Shown here: piece by piece, positions 55,547 through 64,000 of the stretch
Layout of the letters: every line of letters starts with the position of its first letter
Numbering within the stretch: position 1 is the stretch's first letter
Assembly: GCA_951406725.2 (NCBI GenBank)
Contig: OX597841.1
Span: forward strand, 26,598,001-26,662,000
Length of the DNA: 64,000 nucleotides
Direction: 5' to 3'
Source of the DNA: Octopus vulgaris
Lineage: Eukaryota
The notes under the pieces: generated by a model
Told to the model about the DNA's origin: nothing
The model's input: the letters and a program-made list of their open reading frames with translations, nothing else
Database searches by the model: none
Position numbers and translations under genes: made by a program

Positions 55547-56144
55547 GTAAGTGACCTACCCATAACTCGTCATACAATCCTCATCAATTCGTATGACCAT
55601 ATTTCACATCGGATACAGTCACAGGTCTTACTGTTTGCTGGTTTTACACTATACATACATACATGCATGCATGCATGCATATAGACATATGTGAATATGG
55701 GGTCGTGTTGGGGGTATTTTGTATGTATATTAAAGCTCTGGAGTTCTTCTCAATCATGTCACAGTGCAATGTTTAATAAAAAGGTGTGTGTGTTTAACTT
55801 TGTATATATGTGTGTACTTATATACGTGAGTATATGTGTGCGTATAGATGTGTGTATGAGATATATGATTGTGTATTTATGTATAAATATATATATGTGT
55901 GTATGATATTTATTTATATATATGTGTTTGTGAGTATACGTTTGTATGAACTTAAGTATGTTTGCAAACATATATGTATGTAACCGTATATGTGTGTTTA
56001 CATATAACATATATATATATATATAAATGTATATATATGAAATTGAATTGTCCGTAAATGCCATTCTATGATGTTTATATATCAATGGCATATGTAAAAT
56101 GAGTTATATATCTAAAGTCTAAAAACCATGTATAAAACCCGTCG

Positions 56145-56216
<72 letters not shown>

Positions 56217-56435
56217 ACACATATATAATACCTATGTCTATATAATACATCTATATGATATATATTGTTCCTCTTATGGCATCTGAGCGTTTGTATATAT
56301 TTTGTCAATTTTGGGTTAGACACAGCTTCATATTGTGTCATCGCTCTTTGTTCTTGAAAGATACCCAAAAAACCCCCCCAAAACAATCAAAAACAAACAT
56401 TAGCGTATGTTCATTATTATTATTATTATTATTAA

Positions 56436-56472
<37 letters not shown>

Positions 56473-57355
56473 GCTGCTGTTGTTGTTATTGGTGTATTTT
56501 TTTTTAATGCAATTTGTCACCTGTTCATATGTATTAATTTACAATTTTGTTTTTGTGCGTGTGTATAAATATATTTGTGTATATATAAATATGTGTGTAT
56601 ATAATATATTGTAATAACCTGTCTGAATTACGTAAATGATATACTTTAGTTGACTTTTGAACTTCAATGCATTATTAATGCACATGGTACATAACGAAGA
56701 TATAAAACATATATTATTGTTATACTTGTATATGTAATAAGGTTATATATGGTGCAATATATATACATTTCATTCATCTGTCTTTCTATCTGTCTATCTG
56801 CTTGTCTATCTGCCTATCCATCTGTCTTTCTGTCTCTCTATCACATACCATGCACACAGACACAAGACCCCACATGTCATAATATACATCACAAACACAT
56901 TAGAATTCAGCAATATATGAGGAGAAAGCATTGGCTCTGCTGCGCTAGCTAAAAACATACATGGGTGTTTCACATACATACATCCAGTGAAAGGAGGACA
57001 TTTTCGGTACCCAGCCAAATACACCGTCGAGCAAGTAATAAAACCGAAACAATTAACCAACTGTATATAATGAGTTCTTTTATTGGCCACAAGGGCTCAA
57101 AACATGGTAAACATATATGCGATTACATTTGTTTATGCAATAACATAAGAAATGAATTGACTCTAGGTCTCCATGTAACACTCGCTCGTTAGCCACTACA
57201 CACATTTTTTTCTCTCCTTGTTTTCTGTGTCCCTTTCTATAGAAGTGCGTAGGCTTGAAACGTAAAAGACTTTTTCTATTCCTGAGCGTTATACGAATGC
57301 ATATGTTTGTTTTGTACACCACCTGTCTTCGTCTTTTGTTTTTTTCGTAAACTCT

Positions 57356-57404
<49 letters not shown>

Positions 57405-57527
57405 TATATTAAATTAGAGATAAAACCACTATTAGGCAAATCAAACAATGAAAAACTTAAGCCAATACATAAAATTAATTAATTTATATTATTTTAAATA
57501 TATATCAAAATTATGAAAAGTTTAATA

Positions 57528-57567
<40 letters not shown>

Positions 57568-57719
57568 ACATACATACACACACGCACAGACACGCATTCA
57601 GAGGGAAGTGCTTGGACGCTCGCACGTGTATGTGCGTTAGCATTGTTCTAAAATACAAATATTTATGTATGTGTGTGTATATATACATACAGGTTTATGT
57701 ATATATGACACTGAATATA

Positions 57720-57764
<45 letters not shown>

Positions 57765-57940
57765 ATGTGTGTGTGTGTATGTGTGTGTGTGTGTGTGTGT
57801 GTGATTTTAATACATTTAAATGCAGGCTTTGTACTATTAGTAGAAATAACTAGATATGTATATATATATGTGATTATATTGGTTTATGCAAGTATACATA
57901 AGAAATGTATTGATAGGTCCACATATAACATGCCAAAGTA

Positions 57941-58665
57941 CATCTTTTTTTTCCTCTGATGAAATTATGCTCATTTTACATAAATGCAACTTAAATGTAC
58001 AAATCTTTATATATAAAAGAGAAGTTGTGTGTCTGTCTCCTACGATTTAGATTCCTAACTACTCCCACATTTTGCGGTGCAGTTTAACCAAATTCGGGTA
58101 TCTTATAGTCGTGATTCATATCGAGCCCTTCTGGGTATTAGCGCGCGTCTACGATGAGTCTACGATTTAAAAAAAATTTACCATCATTTTTTTCCATTTT
58201 AATGCATTTTTTCGCTATTATATAAGGGAAGTAACTCTCTAAAAATGTCTACGATGAGTGAACGATTTAAAAAAATTTACCATCATTTTTTTCCATTTTA
58301 ATGCATTTTTTTCGCTATTATATTAGGGAAGTAACTCTCTAAAAATGTCTACGATGAGTCTACGATTTAAAAAAAAATTACCATCATTTTTTTCCATTTT
58401 AATGCATTTTTTCGCTATTATATAAGGGAAGTAACTCTCTAAAAATGTCTACGATGAGTCAACGACTAGAAAAAAATTTACCATAATTTTTTTCCATTTT
58501 TAATGCATTTTTTTGCTATTTTTTGGCTATAACTCTCTAAAAATGCTTATATAGTTATTTCCCTTACAAACCCGAGCAACGCCGGGCGATACTGCTAGTT
58601 TGTAATAAAATTATTGAGTATTAATTATTGAGTATTGATTGAAACGGCTGTAAGAAGCGAAGATG
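57941..58665 (+). ncRNA. Type I hammerhead motif interrupted in loop II by the Helitron at 58004-58598
   Basis: CATCTT..CCT-CTGATGA(57956-57962)-AATTATGCTCA...[Helitron]...TGAGTATTGATT-GAAA(58641)-C-ggct-G-TA-AGAAGCGAAGATG; outer stem I CATCTT/AAGATG. Confidence 0.6.
58004..58598 (+). mobile_element. Non-autonomous Helitron (about 4 internal ~100-bp tandem repeats)
   Basis: 5' TC, subterminal hairpin CCCGAGCAACGCCGGG, 3' CTAG, A|T target; GTCTACGATGAGT repeats at 58147, 58247, 58346 and 58446. Confidence 0.93.
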
Positions 58666-58726
58666 ACCAATTTGTTAATAATACAGAATTGTTAACTTAT
58701 CGCTATTTACCTTGCTTTTTTTATGT

Positions 58727-59116
58727 CTTTTACTTGTTTCAGTCATGTGACTATGGCCATGCTGGAGCACCGCCTTTAGTCGAGCAAATCGACCCCGGGA
58801 CTTATTCTTTGTAAGCCCAGTTCTTATTCTATCTGTCTCTTTTGCCGTGCCGCTAAGTTACCGGGAGGTAAACACACCAGCATCGGTTGTCAAGCGATGT
58901 TGGGGCGACAGACGTAGACAAACAAACACATACACACTCATACATATATACATACATACGACGGGCTTCTTTCAGTTTCCGTCTACCAAATGCACTCACA
59001 AGGCTTTGGTCGGCCCGAGGCTATAGTAGAAGACACTTGCCCAAGGTGCCACGCAGTAGGACTGAACCGGGAACCATGTGGTTGGTAAGCAAGCTACTTA
59101 CCACACAGCCACTCCT
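58727..59116 (-). mobile_element. Full-length SINE B
   Basis: Reverse complement of the family B head, core and tail. Confidence 0.92.
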
Positions 59117-59145
59117 ATGACTATAACTGGATATAAACTATATAA

Positions 59146-59376
59146 GGCGGCGAGCTGGCAGAAACGTTAGCACGCCGGGCGAAATGCGTAGCCGTATTTC
59201 GTCTGCCGTTACGTTCTGAGTTCAAATTCCGCCGAGGTCGACTTTGCCTTTCATCCTTTCGGGGTTGATAAATTAAGTACCAGTTGCGCACTGGGGTCGA
59301 TGTAATCGACTTAATCCCTTTGTCTGTCCTTGTTTGTCCTCTCTGGGTTTAGCCCCTTGTGGGTAATAAAGAAATA
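59146..59376 (+). mobile_element. Full-length SINE A (tRNA-like head, Deu/Nin-like central domain, L1/Tx1-like tail)
   Basis: GGCGGCGAGCTGGCAGAAACG...GAGTTCAAATTCC...GGTCGACTTTGCCTTTCATCCTTTCGGGGT...TTTAGCCCCTTGTGGGTAATAAAGAAATA. The domain name comes from recalled similarity, not from a search. Confidence 0.92.
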
Positions 59377-59708
59377 TACATGTCTAATATATACCTATCG
59401 TCTTTAAGGGAAATTCATTCCCCGACAACAGTAGATATTGAACCAGTATTTCCTTGGAAGCAACCGGCCCTTCATGAGGTTAACATATCCTAATGCTCCA
59501 TGTGTGTGTGAGTGTCTATGTGTAAATAAATCCGTATGTTTGTTTTGCATATACAGGTCTCGTAAATATATACGTAAACATTGACGTCGGCGTTTTCGAA
59601 GAAAAGCGGGAATCAACAAGCATGGCGACCTTCCAAGCAGAAGATGTAGAACGAAATAATTACAATGCTACACGCACACGCACAAATATAAATATCTGTG
59701 CGTGTATG

Positions 59709-59740
<32 letters not shown>

Positions 59741-60694
59741 TGTATGTATGTATGTATGTATGTATGTATGTATTTATGTATGTGTGTATGTATGTATGTA
59801 TGTATGTATGTATGTATGTATGTATGTATGTATGTGTGTGTGTGTGTGTGCATGTGTGTATGTATGTATGTATGTATGTGTGTATGTATGTATGTATGTA
59901 TGTATGTGAGTGTGTGTATGTATGTATGTATGTGTGTGTATGTATGTGTATGTATGTATGTATGTATGTATGTGATTGTATGTGTGTATGTGTATATATG
60001 TATATGTATGTATGTATATGTATGTATATGTATGTATATATATGAATGTATATGTATATATATGTATGTATATGTATATATATATGTATGTGTATGCATA
60101 TATATATGTATGTGTATGTATATATATATGTATGTATATATATATATATATGTATATATGTATATATATATATATATATGTATGTGTATATATATGTATG
60201 TGTATGCATATATATATGTATGTGTATGTATATATATATGTATGTATATATATATATATATATGTATAAATATATGTATATGTATAAATATATATATGTA
60301 TGTATGTATATATGTATGTATATATGTATATGTATATATGTGTGTATGGTTTCAGGCTAATAAAAGAAGCAGTAACAATGGCGGATCTAAACAATGAGAA
60401 AATCATTACGACCCATCATCTCCATTACCATCATCACCCCCGCCACCATCACCCTCTTCATCATCATCATTTCTATCGACAACCAATATGGCTACTGTAA
60501 AGGAAAAAACCTCATAAACAATCCCTTTGGATATTGTGCCATTTTGTGAAGCACCGTCGGCGCAAAAATACAACATGGTGGATGCAAACGTGTCTGTTTT
60601 ATATACATGCACACAATTTCTTTTATTCTTTTTTTTATCTCATTTGACTGCGGCCATGCTGGAGCACCGTCTTTAGTCTAGCAAATTGACCCCA

Positions 60695-61293
60695 CAACAT
60701 CATAAGCGGAAAGCGTAACCTCTCGAAATAGCTGGTCTTCACTCCTGCTCCAGAGCATCGGCTGCGGGGTCACTCCGAAAAGCTCTATCTGCGACGGTTT
60801 CATCTCACTCGAAGGAGAGGGGGCTTTCTCCGTCCGGGTTTCGGATCCGTGGAATAAGCTGCCGGACGAGATAGTGAAGATGCCGACGACCGCTCGGTTC
60901 AAAGTCTCTCTTGACCAGAAATGGCCTGAACTCTTTGCATGAACACCACCCTGTACATAACTCCAACATCATAAGCGGAAAGTGTAACCTCTCGAAAGAG
61001 CTGGTCTTCACTCCTGCTCCATAGCATCGGCTGCGGGGTCACTCCGAAAAGCTCTATCTGCGACGATTTCATCTCAATCGAAGGAGAGGGGCTTTCTCCG
61101 TCCGGGTTGCGGATCCGTGGAATAAGCTGCCGGACGAGATAGTGAAGATGCCGACGACCGCTCGGTTCAAAGTCTCTCTTGACCAGAAATGGCCTGAACT
61201 CTTTGCATGAACACCCTCCCTGTACATAACTCCATGTCCCCCTACATGGCCTTGCTTTTTGCTTTTCGAGCCAAAAAATTAACTTAACTTAAC
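60695..61293 (+). mobile_element. 5'-truncated CR1-group LINE with an internal 269-bp tandem duplication, inserted in a minus-strand SINE B (~60625-61425)
   Basis: Both copies translate as close variants of RLRGHSEKLYLRRFHL.RRRGAFSVRV.DPWNKLPDEIVKMPTTARFKVSLDQKW; (TAACT)n tail; TSD TTGACCCCA at 60686-60694 and 61294-61302. Confidence 0.92.
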
Positions 61294-61952
61294 TTGACCC
61301 CAGGACTTATTATTTGTAAGCCTAGTACTTATTCTATCGGTGTCTTTTTGCCGAACTGCTAAGTTACGGTGACGGAAACACGCCAACATCGGTTGTCGAG
61401 CGACGGTGGTGGGGACAAACTGATACACACACACACTCACACACACACACACACACACACAAACCCACAGACTATCGCGTGGGAGGTTCAGGAACGTAAC
61501 ACCTGCGATAGTCGAGGGATGACTGTATATCGGTTTAAATACATAGCTGTATAGATTCAATGAACAGTAAAGAACACGTTTTGTCTCGCGGTTTCTCATG
61601 TACTACGTCCTGTTATAAAGAATAGTACAAACCATGTGTCCAGAGCCCGAAGATTGCTTGTAGACACCAGGCATGTAATAAAAATCTATCTAACCATGAC
61701 AAGAAACTGCTAGAAGCTCGTATTTTAATATAATGTCCATTAAGCGATATTCGTCTCACTGGATGGGAACTGGCTTTGCTGATCCTACTTTCACGTCGCA
61801 GTAAACTCTGTGTGTGTATATATATAAAACAGTGTGGTATGATATGAGGGAGAATTGGACAAAATATCTAGCAGGTTGAATGACCACGTAATGCACCTTT
61901 TCCGAGAGCGTTTCTACATCTAAAACAGTTGGCTCTCGGTATATCTATCCCT

Positions 61953-62541
61953 GGATCTTTTCGGTTTGAACGGCAGTTTTTTTTTAGCGGTGTCATATGA
62001 AATTGTCACCCATAATTATGACCTTAGTATCGATCTATTGCATTTCAATGTTTTAGGGTTAGGGGTGGGGGAAGGGTATCCTTTTTCTTCATAAAAGTAA
62101 ATAAACCCAATCTGTTTCTTAAACGAGGGACATATTCATACGGCACATAATGTGTTTTTTTTACCTCAATAGACGTCAGTGATTGGTTGAAATTGCAGAA
62201 ATTGAAGAAAAAAAAACAACGAATATCTTACAAACAATAGAATTTTCTCAATAAAGCCAAGAGAAAAAGATGTTTTATAAACGCATTCTACCAGTATACG
62301 AAGTTTAAAAGTGTTTAGTTACTCTTTACTCTTCTACTTGTTTCAGTCATCTGACCGCGGTCATGTTGGAACACCGCCTTTAAATCGAGCAACTCGACTC
62401 CGGGACTTATTCTTTTTGTAAGCCCAGTACTTATTCTATCGGTCTCTTTTGCCGAACCGCTAAGTAACGGGGACATAAACACACCAGCATCGGCTGTCAA
62501 GCAATGCTAGGGGGACAGACACAGACACACAAACACACACA

Positions 62542-62615
<74 letters not shown>

Positions 62616-62823
62616 TATATACGACGGGCTTCTTTCAGTTTCCGACTACCAAATCTAATCACAAGGCTTTGGTTGGCCCGAGGCTATAGTAGAAGGCACT
62701 TGCCCAAGGTGCCACGCATGGGACTGAACCCGGAACCATGTGGCTGGTAAACTAGCTACTTACCACACAGCCACTCCTGCACCTATAAATTGTTAAAAAC
62801 TGCCGTTCAAACCGAAAAGATCC
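61953..62823. mobile_element. Non-autonomous DNA transposon (Merlin-like MITE) carrying a nested SINE B (~62321-62783, minus)
   Basis: Perfect 29-bp TIRs GGATCTTTTCGGTTTGAACGGCAGTTTTT (61953-61981 and 62795-62823); 8-bp TSD CTATCCCT (61945-61952 and 62824-62831). Confidence 0.93.
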
Positions 62824-63156
62824 CTATCCCTGTGTATGTGTCTGTCTGTTTATGTGTAGGACACTATGTTAGTGCACGTGCACTTAATAACTAATATGGA
62901 CTGTTTGCGGTAGATACGTATAACTGTATGTGTGTGTTTGGAATAATTTCTGCAGCCGAAACACATTTCTGTACAGGTTCACATAATCACGATAGTACGT
63001 GCATATAGACCTATATATATACTAACAAAAATAGACTTTGTGTCAGAGTGTATATATGCTTATACACACAATCATACATACATGTATTCTCAGATATTGC
63101 TTTGAATGCTCAAAAGATTATAGACAACGTCTCATTTCCGGTTTATCACATAAACA

Positions 63157-63727
<571 letters not shown>

Positions 63728-64000
63728 ATTTGTGTGTGTGTGTGTGTGTATTTGCATGTTATGTCCAGTGTGTGTGTATATGTGCGTAGAAATCTTTGTG
63801 TATTATAATCATGACAATGGATAAAAAAAAATCGAAACACTGAGATGAGATTTTGCGCCAATCAATCTCCGTACAGATTTAATCAAATCATCGAGGCACC
63901 ACATACACGTACACCAATGCGTGAGTATACAAACACATACACGTTTTACATACATGCATACATACATACATACATACATACATACATACATAAGCACCCT

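Overview
Eukaryotic, AT-rich, repeat-saturated window with no confidently identifiable host gene. The SINE families and the extreme microsatellite load suggest an octopus or other coleoid cephalopod (inference). Nearly all ORFs in the supplied track are microsatellite or SINE artefacts. The only real coding unit is a full-length, ~5.9 kb minus-strand L1/Tx1-clade LINE (27158-33046). Its ORF1 is intact with a CCHC zinc knuckle. Its APE-RT-CCHC ORF2 is broken by one 1-bp deletion and one TGG>TAG stop. It sits inside a (GATA)n microsatellite on both sides, suggesting microsatellite targeting. Other content: three tRNA-derived SINE families in many copies, two of which share structured 3' tails with LINEs in this window; CR1/L2-group LINE 3' fragments; two head-to-head non-autonomous Helitrons; a Merlin-like MITE with perfect 29-bp TIRs and an 8-bp TSD; a satellite with a 105+107 bp higher-order dimer; a 174-bp near-perfect palindrome; and a 100-N assembly gap. 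The least expected signal is a set of type I hammerhead-ribozyme motifs of the Penelope-associated minimal type, including one with a compensatory U3-A8 core and one split by a Helitron inserted into loop II.
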